The notes beneath the pieces were generated by a model. It made no database searches, had not been told where the DNA came from, and saw only the letters and a program-made list of their open reading frames with translations. The position numbers and the translations under genes are program-made. From Octopus sinensis (Eukaryota): a DNA stretch of 64,000 nucleotides. The stretch is taken from contig NC_043008.1 in the NCBI RefSeq assembly GCF_006345805.1, positions 930,001 to 994,000 on the forward strand. The letters run 5' to 3'. Below are positions 40,973 to 53,775 of this stretch, one piece after another (position 1 is the first letter of the stretch; each line of letters opens with the position of its first letter).

Positions 40973-41363
40973 GTCCTTATGCACAAACAGATGGATTTTC
41001 TCCACATTTCAGGGTGGGATGGGGTGTTTGACGTTTGTGGCTAATCTTCCAGATCTCTCATCCTCTTCCAGGGATGTTCTTCTGCCTTTGAAGCACCCAC
41101 ATCACTGGAAACATTACGTACGACTCAAGTCTAACGCAACATTTCCCGCTGGCTTCGCTTCTTGTTCCAACTTCCTGTCCATTGAAAAATCACAGACTAC
41201 AGTATACACGTGATCACGAAAACACAAATTCCACTACTTGTGAAATAAACTCGGCACACTACCTCATGAAGGTCCCTGCTAGCTCTCACTGCGCACGCAA
41301 CCGTGTGCTGCCGTCTGTTTGCGGGCTAGAACTAGTGCAGGAACGTTTTGATACCACCACGTA
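40973..41363 (-). mobile_element. mariner-family transposon, 5' fragment with one TIR
   Basis: TIR-like tacgtggtggtatcaaaacgttcctgcact at 41363-41334 with adjacent TA; ATG at 41182-41180 then MDRKLEQ..GNVALDLSRT*CFQ*CGCFKGRRTSLEEDERSGRLAT...NVEKIHLFVHKD (mariner N-terminal HTH motifs). Confidence 0.8.
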
Positions 41364-42763
41364 TATTGTGGAGCTCAAATTTCAACACAGCACCTTTGAA
41401 CATCTGTGTGGTAAACTTGAGGACAGAAAGCAAGGTGAAGCAAACAAGTAACGGCCTTTTCTTTTTCAAGGCGGCAAAAGACTGATCTGCGAACAGTCTT
41501 ATGAACTATTCTTCTACATCGTCAAGTGCAGCTCCAAATACGTTAAAAGACTGCGTAAACCTCATCGACTACGTGATGTTACGGACGGAGGCATTTTGTT
41601 AAACTCTTTCGTGATTATAACTACAAACAATGAAATCTTAGGCGTAAGTCGAAAACCATTGTCTACGACAGAATTTCAAACAGTTCTCAGCCCCTTTCAA
41701 ATTGCAGCCATTATCTAAAAATAATTCCTCGGTGCATTCCTCAAGCAATGCTACCAGAGCGACATGAACCACTTATTTCCAGCAATTCTGAAATAGAACG
41801 GTTCTTGCCAGTAGTAGAGATATGTTTGTTACCTAATACTAATCCAAAATCTAATACTTTACATATCTGAAATAAATATTTGACATATCAGTTTTTACTA
41901 AAAAATAAAGGAAAAGGCAACATCGATAACGAAATTTTCTGTGTATATTTGGTCTCTATTTGAATGTGTTTGATACTGCAAACTATTATAAGCAACCAAT
42001 ATCTGAAAAAAGATTAGGTTGTTATGTAACCATGCATGTGAGCATATTTCTATTTTCTTTCGTATAATTGATTTCATGTTTCGTATAACTCGTATTTCTA
42101 GCTTCAATAGTTTCTTAGATACCACAGAGAACACTAAATCAATCAAACACTCAAGCAAGCGGACAAACTAGACAACAGAAAGTCACCTAATTTCTTGCTG
42201 GTTGGATATGTTGACTGGCGTGTGGTTAGGATGATGGTAGCGGTGGATAATAAATCAGCATAAAAGTGAGGTAAACTGATGTAGAATGGTATTATAGAGA
42301 GGAGACATTACGTTTGTGTCATTTACTATCAATATTAATACTGAACACTTCCAATGATTTTACCCATTGCGCGTCCCAGTAAGTATTCAATCGGCACCGT
42401 CACTGCATTTTGCTAAATAATATAACTCAAACAGCAATGACATTATCCTAATATCCTTTAAAAATGCCAAGTACACTTGTTTAGTAGTAACAAGTTTAGT
42501 CATATTTTTCATATTTTTAACAGGAATATAATCATATCGCTCAAAAAAAGCGACGATTTCAAATATAACTGAACACACACATCACAAAACATTTACACAC
42601 TAACTCACACATACATGTGTATATTTGTACACACGTACATGTATTACTTGTGCTCACATTGTACTACAGAGGCAATATTTGCAACACGGTATATGATTAA
42701 ACATATGTAAATAATTTTATATATATATATCTTCTGTAACGTGACCCGGTTTTTCGTCCTATA

Positions 42764-43005
42764 TCACTTTGTCCAACGCTTCATTCCTGCAACTGCTTTT
42801 CCAGCATTGAACGAATCTACATCAGCAGGATGAAGGTCCTCACTAGAAAAATTAATAATTTTCCGCTCATCGTTTTCCGTTTCCGTGTGAATCCGCACTG
42901 AACACAGCCTTCTTTTCTCACATCTCCAGTGTTCTTTTCCTAATTTTGCTTTGATTGAATGAAAATCGTAGATTTAAGTATAAGTTTTCTTTTGTTTTTG
43001 TTTGA
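42764..43005 (-). pseudogene. FLYWCH zinc-finger relic, probably from a Mutator (Phantom-type) transposase
   Basis: SNKNKRKLIL / YDFHSIKAKLGKEHWRCEKRRLCSVRIHTETENDERKIINFSSEDLHPAD; W-x-C, C and terminal H spacing fit FLYWCH; one frameshift; first of the two C-terminal His replaced by Asp. Confidence 0.7.
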
Positions 43006-43244
43006 TACTATGAACTTTGTATTTTCGGGATGGGTAAATTAAAAATGTGTACACTAAATTTGCAGCACTCTCTATAAACAGCACCATACTTAAGAGAGAA
43101 ACGCAAAAAGAGAAAGTAAAACTGTTAACAACAAAAAAAAAAAGAAAAAAAACGATAATGACAATCCTATAACGAGGCTCGTTATAGTTCTGTGAATATA
43201 TCATTAGAGATATTTCACCTTGTTTTCTAAAGAGTTTATTTAAA

Positions 43245-43347
43245 ATTGGACAAAAAGTCGTTGGACAAAGGAAACATCGGACAAAAAGACGTCAGACGAA
43301 AAGACGTGGACGAAAACACGTTTGACGAAATTTCGTCGGACGAATGC
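43245..43347. repeat. Seven imperfect ~15-bp tandem units (core GGAC[A/G]AAA..GACGT)
   Basis: ttggacaaaaagtcg|ttggacaaaggaaac|atcggacaaaaagac|gtcagacgaaaagac|gtggacgaaaacac|gtttgacgaaatttc|gtcggacgaatgcc. Confidence 0.85.
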
Positions 43348-45010
43348 CTAAAAGCAATGAATTCAAATATAATTAAACACATAACATGTCAAAACATTTA
43401 CACATACACACACACAAACACACAAAAACACACACATATACATGCATAAATATACGTATACACATTCATATATTATTGTGTTCACATTGTGCAACATTGT
43501 ACTATGATTAAACGTATGTAAGTCTATATATATCTTCAGTAAAACAGGTGAACAGTAATTTCAATCCCATGTAGGGATTTCTTCATCAATTTTATGTGCA
43601 CATGTAGAAGTTACTCATACACTAACCAATAATTCAATACTTCACAGTTTGTATTAAATTATTGTTTTGCGTAAAAGACTCCAGCCTTTGTTTTTGCTTG
43701 TATTTCTTCGTATGAGATTTGGTGTCTTTGCAAATGGAAAATTTCAAATTTAAAGGGAGCTAAAGGGCTCTTTTATGCTGCTCAATAGAATCAGTCAAAA
43801 TGCTGAAAAGAGAAGCCAAAACTTTTGAAAATTTGTTGCTGTGTTTTTAAATGAAGGGAATATTGGATAATATGTTCAGAAATGCACTATGCCTCATAAA
43901 ACCGGTGTGATGGTCACGTTTTAAACGTCTTTGTTTATAAATCATTCGATTAAATGTTCCCAGTGCTAGATCTCTTGCAAATTCCCTAAAGCAACACCTC
44001 TTTTTAAAAATATATTTTTATTCTATAAAATCTTATCTATGCAATTTATTTCCAAACAAACCGAAATGAATTATTAAAGTAAACAATATAAGCCATTATC
44101 AAGTAAATATCCAAGTAAATTAAAAACGTTTATGTGGTTTATTCATTTTAAAAATTCCAATAAAAACATTTTATTGCTCTTTCTTCTCTTCAGAATCTAT
44201 TTTAAAGAACACAAAATATTGATGCAACCAGAAACATGCATGTTTAAGGAAATTACGATCTTTTCATTTTCACTTCCATTTTGCTTCCTGATTCCTTTAA
44301 CAATTCGACCTTTAGATCGTGAACGATGGAAAGAAAAAAAAATCAGGAACATTCACACATTTTCACTCTTACTCTCACGTTTTTTATTTTCTTTCTCACG
44401 CATATATACACACTTTTCTTCTTATCACATTCTCGCTTTCTTCCTTTTCTATGGTGGGTTTGATGGGGGGGGGAGGAGATTCTCAATAAACTTTCTCATA
44501 ACAATAGGTATCATGTCGAAAACGAGGCTTTCTTTACCACATTTCTTTTATTTCATTTTAGACTTTACAGGAAGAAGTGTGAAGATAAAAGTCTCCCTTG
44601 AATGTTGAATATAATTTCTGAACCAGCCAACACAATTCCCCTAACCCAGAGCATAAATTTTAATTTGGCTTCGGAAAAGATAAGATGAAAAAATAAAAAA
44701 AAATTAAAAAGAAAACCTTTTAAAGTATTTTTGTCAGATTATACCATTTTCCCTACGAGCCTACAAAATTGCATTTTGGGTAATATGGGGATGATGATAT
44801 TTTTGGAATATTTCATTTTATATAATTTGAACTCTATATTATGAAGAATTGAGAAGATATTAAAAATAGGACGTTCTCCACTGGGACATTTTTCATTATA
44901 CCGAGGCGTTAATATCATTTTATTGAAGGCTTGTTAGAAATTAATAGTTAGATTCGGGAGAAATTTATGAATGGATACAGAATTTCACTTCATTTCCACT
45001 GTTCATTTGA

Positions 45011-45060
45011 ACCACCACCACCACCACCACCACCACCACCACCACCACCACCACCACCAC
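45011..45060. repeat. (CCA)n microsatellite
   Basis: Direct reading. Confidence 0.95.
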
Positions 45061-45616
45061 TGCTACTACTACTCAATACACACACATAGACATTCATAGA
45101 GAAACAATGTCATTGCTTCTATCGCACAGTTACACACACGTATCTCCGTATTCACATGAAACTGAAGAGATTGAAACATATTTTATAAACCTCCACTTAC
45201 TGAATGTCATCCGCTGATTACCTGACACATAGAAGAACTTGCGATGCTGGTAACAAAGACTTTTCTGGATAAATCATAAGGAACTGAATGGTTGTGCCCA
45301 AGGGTAAAGCTAGCTATAAGCAGATTAAGATTAGATGCCGATCTGCCTTATAAATGCTATATATTCATAATTTAATATTAATATTGTGCATATCCATATG
45401 TATAGCAACAGTCGGAAAAGATAGAGTTACACCTTGTGTCAGACTGGTGATTAGATGTAAGTAGGAGGCATGATTGCTAATTAGATGTAATGGATCAAAG
45501 ATATTTCATCTGGAGTCTTTGTAATTATCGAATGCTCTAAAAGTTGTCATTCGTATACATGACGAGTTGAACATTAGTTACTGTTCACGTTCATGTGGAT
45601 TGGTACTTATATATAT

Positions 45617-45683
<67 letters not shown>

Positions 45684-45688
45684 CATAC

Positions 45689-45738
<50 letters not shown>

Positions 45739-45819
45739 TCTGTTTGAAGAAACATGGAATCAGGGTATCGTCTCATTTTTGTTCTATTTATAGTTCGGTA
45801 GATGCAGCGAACTGGTACA

Positions 45820-45990
45820 ATGCTTAGCGGCATTCTTCCCGGCTTAAAGATATGTGTTCAAATGCGACCGAAATTAACTTTGCCTTTCGTCCTTCCGAGG
45901 TTGATAAAATAAGTGCACACTGATCGCTGGGGTTGACGTAATGGATTAGCCCTCTCCCTTCAAATTTCATGTGATTATTGTAGGAAGATT
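45820..45990 (+). mobile_element. SINE family A, diverged
   Basis: tgcttagcggcatt...gttcaaatgcgaccg...aactttgcctttcgtccttccgaggttgataaaataag. Confidence 0.65.
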
Positions 45991-46531
45991 ATCTCTGAAT
46001 CAGTGGGGATTAACTAATTCATATATGAACTAATTTGTCCACTTTTCTGTTAGTAGAACAAGATCATGTCATCTCCTACACTTTTAAACAAGGAATATCA
46101 CCTGTTGGGCAAGTAGGCTATGGTCATATAGCTTCTTAAGATAAGACGCTGTTTCTTGAACTTACAAGGCGGGATTTAGCTCTTTAGCAGTAGAGAAGTA
46201 CCATAGCGTTTCCGGAAATGGCAAGTCGAATCCTGAAGACTGTACTTGAGTGATGTACTTTCTACCGTAGTATTGGGTTCGTGCATATTAAACGACCTTT
46301 TTATTTTATTAATTTATTAATTTTAAATTAAATTATAAAACGATCATTGATTATGCACAAACCCTATAGTATAAAGAATTGTGATAAGCATGTAAATTAG
46401 CAGCATAAAAAGATTATATCAACCCATCCGTCCCTCTACCTGTCTGTCTGTTATTCTATCTATCTGTCTTCCTGCCTGCTTGCCTGTCTGTCTTTCTATC
46501 CATATTTACCCAAAATCTTTTATTCTTTTCT

Positions 46532-46739
46532 ACTCAAGGCACGTGCCCGAAATTTTGGGGAAGGGGGGGCAATCGATTTGATAGACCTCAGTACGTAACT
46601 GGTAATTAATTTATCGACCCCGAAAGGATAAAAGGCAAAGTCGTCCTCGGCGGAATTTGAACTCAGAATGTAGCGGCAGACGAAATACCTCTAAGCATTT
46701 CGCCCGGCGTGCTAACGTTTCTGCCAGCTCGCCGCCTTG
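46532..46739 (-). mobile_element. SINE family A, full copy (tail type 2)
   Basis: Head as in 56361; tail ccccccttccccaaaatttcgggcacgtgccttgagtag; decayed ~20-bp flank duplication tttacccaaaatcttttatt / tttaccccaaaaccttgtatt. Confidence 0.9.
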
Positions 46740-47350
46740 TTTACCCCAAAACCTTGTATTGCATATAATCTTCATCATTACCGACATTGTTTTCTACACC
46801 TTGTTCTTACTTGTTTATTGTTGATCTCCTGCGCAGGGACAACAATGACACAATATCCACCTCTACCACCATGAATATTTCTTTCATCGTCATTATATAT
46901 ATAGTTACTTACATATTGTTCTTGTTAGTATTATCCTCGTTACAGCCGTCAGAATGTTTGGATACGTATGTATATCTGTGCGTGTATGTGTACATATGTC
47001 TATCTCTCTCTCCCTCTCTCCCTCCCTTTCTCTCAGTCCCTCAATCTACCGCTACATATGTATTCATATATATATGGCATATACATATATATGTCTGTGT
47101 GAGTGCACATGCATTCCTGTATATTTTGCATGTTTGTACACATATGTATGCATTTCTATGCGAAATAGACACTACCTTCAACTAGATGATACCATCCAGT
47201 AGGCTTCAATAAAACAAAGCACACGATTCTAATCGGGAACCATTTATTTTTGAAGAGGACACTTGGCGAGAGACCTGCTAGCTTCTAAAATGCTAGTTCA
47301 GGGAAAATTGAGGTGTTTTCCCCGCTATCATCTCTCACTAAATATATTAG

Positions 47351-47670
47351 AAGGCGCGTGGTTTAGTGGTTAGGGGATTCAGTTCACGATCGTAAGGTCA
47401 TGAGTTCAATTCACGGTGACGCGTTGTGGCCTTGAGCTAGACATTTTATTTCACGTTCCTTCAGTCCATTCAGCTGGCAAAAATGAGTTGTACCTGTATT
47501 TCAAAGGGCGGGATTTTTCAAAATTTGTGTCACGCTGAATCTTCCTGAGAACTACGTTAAGGGTATACGTGTCTGTGGAGTGCTCTGCCACTTGCACATT
47601 AATTTCACGAGCAAGCTGTTCCGTTGATCGGATCAGCTGGGACTGTCGTCGTCGGAACCGAGGGAGTGCT
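47351..47670 (+). mobile_element. SINE family C (tRNA-derived head, distinct body)
   Basis: Box A-like tggtttagtggttagg, box B-like gagttcaattc, then gttgtggccttgagctagacattttatttcacg; diverged relative at ~58115-58260. Confidence 0.75.
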
Positions 47671-48435
47671 CCTTTAAATATATTAAACAGTGTAGGTTGT
47701 GAAATCGAAATTTTACTATCCTATGTTAATTCGAAAGTAAATTACTATATACTTTGTAAAAGATATTAAAGAATTTAATCCGATTTCAGGATTTCATGGG
47801 TTCGGCAAATGTTATCTCAAATTGATTAAGTGTATTTTCATGTCATTTCTCGAACATAAGAAATTGTCGTTGTGAAGTGTTTATATCTGCTTTATACGTT
47901 TTAAAATCTACTGGCTGTGATAGAAAATCCTTCCTATTACCAGTAAAGCACGAAATTCAAAAGATTTTATTTAAAGAAAAAAAAGAGAAGCAAATTTTTA
48001 GCATTACTATAGATAAGTTTTGTGCAGTTTAAGATTAAAAAAAAAGTTTATAAAATTCGAAGCTGTTTTCGTTTCCACCCCCACAATCTCCCTTTCTTTA
48101 TCACGTTCTATCACTAAGTCTTTACATATAAAATATATGCATACTTCCATATATATAAACATATATATGTATGAATACGTCTACGTGTGCTTGTACATAC
48201 ATAAATAATCCTATAGAAACGAGCATACGTATATTTATATATGTGGGTGTGCATGCGTGAGTGTCTGCGTGTGTGTGTGCACGCGTGTAAGCACGCCTCG
48301 TGCGTGAGTGTGTATATGCGTATATATACATGTATATATATATGAATATAAATATATATATATGTATATGCATAGACATAAATGTATATATGTATGCATG
48401 TATATATATTTATATATATATATACATATACATAC

Positions 48436-48467
<32 letters not shown>

Positions 48468-48498
48468 GTATGTATGTATATATATATATATATATATA

Positions 48499-48560
<62 letters not shown>

Positions 48561-48591
48561 CATATACATACATATATATATAAATATATAC

Positions 48592-48624
<33 letters not shown>

Positions 48625-48718
48625 CACATATATATATATATGTATGATGTATTATATATATACATATATATATATGTATGTATGTATGTATGTATATATA
48701 TATATACACATATATATA

Positions 48719-48787
<69 letters not shown>

Positions 48788-49402
48788 GTGTAGTGCACGT
48801 CAATATGGGCATGCGTGCATATCTGAAATTGTTTGTTCGTTTTGATTGTGTGACCCATCCTTCAAATATCCTTTCTTTGACATTTTTACTTCAGAATATT
48901 TTTACGATGAATGAAACAGAATTCTGTTTATTGCTTTCTTCTTTTTACTTTGGTTTCAACTTACTTATATTTGCCCCGCCGCCCCAAAATATATAGATAT
49001 TTATTTTCAGTTGACTTTTAATGATCTCCATCAGGCTTTAAATAATCTAGCAAAAAAAAAATAAAGTTCATTATTCAATTTAGTAGAAGATTAAAGATGA
49101 AGATAATGAAATGGCTCTTTCAAAGGCATATTTATTATAAAATGCCCCGAGAACGCAATGTAGAACATATTCATTATTTTGAAGATAGTTCCTTAAACAA
49201 AACAAAAATTCACTGAACTTCGTTAATCTGGATTCCCATCGTGTTTACGAAATATAAATACTGAAAGGAAATATTGTAGGCGACAACGTCAGAGAAAGCA
49301 CCGTAGAAATGAAATTGTAGTCTGCGTGCGGGCTTACACGAGTGGTGACTTCGTCTAAGATGACGCTGCTAGACTCTTCCTAAACCTTGAAACCACCGGC
49401 AC

Positions 49403-49535
49403 CAGATGTGGCGATGTGGTAAAAAGCTTGCTTCCTAACCACATGGTTCCGGGTTCAGTACCACTGCATTCACCATGAGCAGGTGTCTTCTAATATAACA
49501 TTGGGCAGACCAAAGCCTTGTGAGTGGATTTGCCA
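49403..49535 (+). mobile_element. SINE family B, 5' part
   Basis: gtggcgatgtggtaaaaagcttgcttcctaaccacatggttccgggttcagtaccactgc...gaccaaagccttgtgagtggatttg. Confidence 0.85.
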
Positions 49536-49817
49536 TGTAAATATCGGACAGAGTGAAGACTATTGAAAAGGTTGCAAGACGCAATGAAAATTTTAGGAAA
49601 AACATAACTAGAAAATAATAAATAAGAAATAAGTGGACATTTTACTGTTGAGTGTGTTACATTATAAGGCACAAAAAGAAAATGACTCTCCCCAGACATA
49701 ACATAATATGCTTCAACACACGAACTCATATAGAGAATCTTGCAAACCAAATACGAAAACGAAATATATATAAGAAACACAGAGCCGTTCGATTCACTTC
49801 AACATTTAATTTTCATT

Positions 49818-49864
49818 TGTCAAAATATTTTCGTCGCTTTAAGACCGCGACCTGTTCAGTGACA
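49818..49864 (-). ncRNA. Minimal hammerhead motif, core variant C3/C8 (CUGAACA)
   Basis: TGTCA-CTGAACA-G-GTCGC-GGTCTTAAA-GCGAC-GAAA-ATATT-T-TGACA. Confidence 0.55.
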
Positions 49865-49883
49865 AAAATGCAGCACGGATGTT

Positions 49884-49929
49884 TGTCAGTGAAGAGGTCG
49901 CGGATTTTAGCGACGAAAATATTTTGACA
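49884..49929 (+). ncRNA. Minimal hammerhead motif, core variant G3/G8 (GUGAAGA)
   Basis: TGTCA-GTGAAGA-G-GTCGC-GGATTTTA-GCGAC-GAAA-ATATT-T-TGACA; palindromic AATATT stem III. Confidence 0.55.
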
Positions 49930-50096
49930 AATTAAACTTAAATGTTGAAGTGAATCGAACGGCTCTGTGTGTTTCTTAAATGGCTTACAAACACCTTCCA
50001 CGCTGCAATTTTTTTCGTTTCAGCACACGACCTCAGATCAAATCACTTGCTATGCAAGTACATCTCCGTAATTCCGAAATATTATATATGTTGAAG

Positions 50097-50142
<46 letters not shown>

Positions 50143-51480
50143 ATATATATAATATATATATATATGCATATTTATAATAATTACTTTACACTTCGTGCAT
50201 AAATTTTCAGACATTCCCAGTTACATATTTAAAAATTATGGGTGAAATGGTAGTAAAATTTATACCTGTATTCAGCTAGTAATCTTATTATCTGAAACAT
50301 ACAACTGGATTATAACAGACGTATACATATTTGCTGTGTTGAAAATTTGAGTAATGGGCATAAAACATGAGTCAACTATATAATAGTCTATCATTCCGAA
50401 ACTGTTGATCCACTGCTCCACACTTCAAGTCTTCTTATTCGTATGACTCAAGCCTGGCATTTCAATCAGGAATTCAAGCAAGAGTCATCATTTCCAAAAA
50501 GGTCTCTTCTTATCTAAACGTATCTAAAATGAGATGATGAATAGCAAGTATGGAAAAAACCAAATTTTTTTAGCATATGTTGTAATAATTTGTCAGCAAG
50601 AATAACATACGAAACTCAAGTTCTTAAAATGCCATAAATATATAAATCTCTTCTGTTTATATAAGTCTACCTCGGTGTAGTGTACATTGTACACTACACA
50701 TTCAAACGTTCTGTTTATACAGTTTCATCAGCCATCACATTTATATACTCATGTGCAGAATTAAGTTCCATTTAAGAGACGTTGTGAAATAGTAAAATAA
50801 ACTAAGCTGCACACCTATATCTTCCGGTTTCAACGGAATATATATAAGCTGCATTGATATTTTTTAAAAAACTTTTTTCTCTGCTGTACATAGTTTATAT
50901 CCGTTGCTACTTTTGTCCAGGATTTACTTTAGAGTTATCATATATTTTAAATTTTTACATAGAATCTTTCTACTTTCACTTGTTGATATAACACAAAAGT
51001 ATGGCTGGATATTTTGTTTTCTGTTATGGATGAAGAAACATGTTTCTAAACTACAATGTAATCCGCCTCCTTTTGTTCTAGTATAGAATTTTTGAATGAT
51101 ATTAAGTGTGAAATTTCTTGATTTAAACATTGTTTTATATATGATAATCTGTGCATTCAAGGACACTTTTAGCGAATATATACTGGTGATTCTGCATACA
51201 CAACTGATGACAGTAGCTGATATGGCAGCTAAAGATGGATTATAAGCAAAGTTGATCTCGACGGAATTTCAACTCAAACTAGAAAGAATTTAAAATAATC
51301 TGTCATATATTCTTATGCCTCACCCAATTAGCCGCTTTATTAACACTTCTTGGTAGTTAATCCGATTTTACTTTTAGCAATGTTTGGCTTCTTTCGCTGT
51401 ATCCTTTATTCCGCTGTCTCTCAATCTTCTCCCGATCACATGCATGCACACATATACACATACACACACGTATATATGCG

Positions 51481-51579
<99 letters not shown>

Positions 51580-51707
51580 GCGTGTGTTTGTACTTATGTA
51601 TATATATATATATATATAATATAATATATATATATATATAAGTATATATATACTCTTATGTATATATATATTCATGTATATATATATATATACGTGTATA
51701 TATATAT

Positions 51708-52163
51708 GTTGGTGTTGGTGGTGCCCTGGTGACGGCTTGAGATGGCGTCGCTGTTGCTGTTGCTGTTGCTGATGGCGTTGGTGTTTGGGCTGCTTTCCGC
51801 TGCTGCTGTTGTTGCTACTGCTGTACTGGAGGTGACTCCCGGTTCTGGTGTACGTTGTAGCGTCCGACGCACCTCCTTGCATTTGGGACAGTCGACCTTG
51901 AGGTGCCGATCGTTTCCACAGAAGTAGCACCTCGGCTTCCTGCTCTCCACAACCACGTGTAATCTGGTGCTGTCAGGTAAGTTTATTGAGTCAGGGATTG
52001 AATTTAATGACCCTTGTTAAATTTGAACAAGGAATCTCTGACCAGCCCAAGTCTGCTAGTGCAGTTTGTGCCCCTCTAGTATTGTGATGGTGTTCCCCGT
52101 GTCTAAGAGGACATCCGCCACCAAACCGATATTTTAAGCAGGTGGGCCATCGACGTAGAAGCT
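51708..52163 (-). pseudogene. Decayed gag-like ORF1 (C-terminal part with CCHC zinc knuckle) of a non-LTR retrotransposon
   Basis: SFYVDGPPA*NIGLVADVLL...LNSIPDSINLPDSTRLHVVVESRKPRCYFCGNDRHLKVDCP: C-x2-C-x4-H-x4-C; in-frame stops; truncated by (TA)n. Confidence 0.75.
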
Positions 52164-53540
52164 ACCGAGTTGGTTCATTTAAATATTTGTCGTGTGGAAA
52201 AACAGTTTGAAATTTCAGAATGGGGTTATTCCCCATTCTCTCAGCAATGTGTGTTATCTAATACATGCAAAGACCACCGTCACAGAGGAAAGAGCAATGA
52301 AGCGACATTGACTCCACTTGAAATATGTAGTGTATTAACAACAATCAACAACTTCATAAAGTCATTTTTGCTTGATCTCGCCAACGTTTTTCTTTATGCT
52401 GGCTCAACTTCAACCCTCGCCCACGACATCTGCGCTAGTTTTGATCCTGGTAAGACCTCCGCTGAAACACTGTCTGCCGCCAGGATACAGTAATCTGCTA
52501 TTACAAGTAAAGCTATCAATATAGCCGTATCGATAATTTTTACAACAGTTATTATAGAAGAGAATAGTAAATTGTAATTTTCTTTTTATGTGTTCATTTT
52601 TGTTTCAATAAAAAAAGTCAACAGAAAAGCAGTTGCTGCTGTTATCCAAAAACTTTGTTATATTTGTTGCTTTCATTGATGTTGTTATTAAATTGTCTGC
52701 CATTGTTGATGATACTTCTTGTTTTTACTATCTGCTATCTTTATTGTTATCAAAATGATGTGCTTCAAGTGATGTAGTGATGGATATTTTCAAACAATTC
52801 ACAGAGATGTTTCCCCAACAACACTCAATGACTTCCTCTTGCCATGAAGGACAACAACTAAAGTTGCTGTATTCATAACTCTGATTAGATTCCTGTAGAA
52901 ACCATGGAGAAGAACAAAAACCAATGAGATATCTTTGAAAACATCTCTAAATTAACCCTAAGGAATATTATTATCCAAGATTATAAATGATCAGCATCAG
53001 AATTTAGTTTAATTGTAAAATAGAAGAAATGCTTTTTTCGTTCTGTTTCTGAATATCTCTATTTTTTTTTACCATATCTCTTCTGATATCATTTTGTCTT
53101 CTAGTCGCTAACACACACACACACACACACACACACTCACGCACACACACACACGCACACACACACACACATGCACATACACACACACACACACATACAC
53201 ACATACACATATATCATGCTTAAGATTCGGCCTTCAGCTACAGCTTCTCTTTGTTATTCTCTTTCGGATTGTCAGTTTCTTCTCATTTCTTAAACGATCT
53301 CTTCCAATGAAAATCTTTCTTTCTATACAATCTCTATCTCACTCACTCTCTTCCATGGTCTGTCTCTGTCTCTCTCTTACTATTAATCATCCGCTCTTTG
53401 CTTATAAATGTATATATATATACAGACATACATAGACATACTTACATAGGCATATATATATATAAATATATATATGGATAGATACACACAAACACGCACA
53501 AGCACGCACTCACATACGAAATTAGACATACACACACACC

Positions 53541-53589
<49 letters not shown>

Positions 53590-53591
<2 letters not shown>

Positions 53592-53775
53592 CGTTGGCGA
53601 TTTTCTTTCTCCGACTTCCCTTCTTTGGACCTTTCCTTTTTCTATGTTTCTGATGAAGAGCTCCGCTCGAAACGTTAAACCCTCCTTCATTCTTTCCGTT
53701 CCTAAGCGTCCAATATCACTATATCCGTTCCACGTCCTTGCGTTGTTTTCTCTTTGTTCATGTTTGTATTAACTA
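53590..53775 (+). mobile_element. Short hammerhead-bearing element (family B) between (GT)n and (CA)/(TA)n
   Basis: Unique ~185-bp block between microsatellites; shares GAGC/GCTC stem II and a downstream ttcct(a/g)agcg motif with family C. Confidence 0.6.
53646..53680 (+). ncRNA. Minimal type I hammerhead ribozyme motif, core intact
   Basis: GTTT-CTGATGA-A-GAGC-TCC-GCTC-GAAA-CG-TT-AAAC: all conserved core residues present, extra A between A9 and G10.1, palindromic ACGT stem III, GUU triplet. Confidence 0.75.

Larger units (their letters stand above)
49771..50080. mobile_element. Fold-back element: ~97-bp inverted arms (49771-49866 / 49882-49978) plus ~100-bp unpaired tail; hammerhead motif in each arm
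   Basis: Arms are reverse complements with about 10 differences; 15-nt spacer; followed by (TA)n near 50097. Confidence 0.85.

Noticed and set aside
43245-43347. CRISPR-like appearance of the 15-bp array
   Set aside because: Units are adjacent with no unique spacers, too short, and the context is eukaryotic with no cas genes.
45172-45190. CTGAAGA-GATT-GAAAC
   Set aside because: No room for stem II; chance match.
47351-47430. tRNA gene interpretation of SINE heads (also 49403, 56361)
   Set aside because: Box A/B-like motifs are present but cloverleaves are incomplete and each continues into a repeated SINE body.
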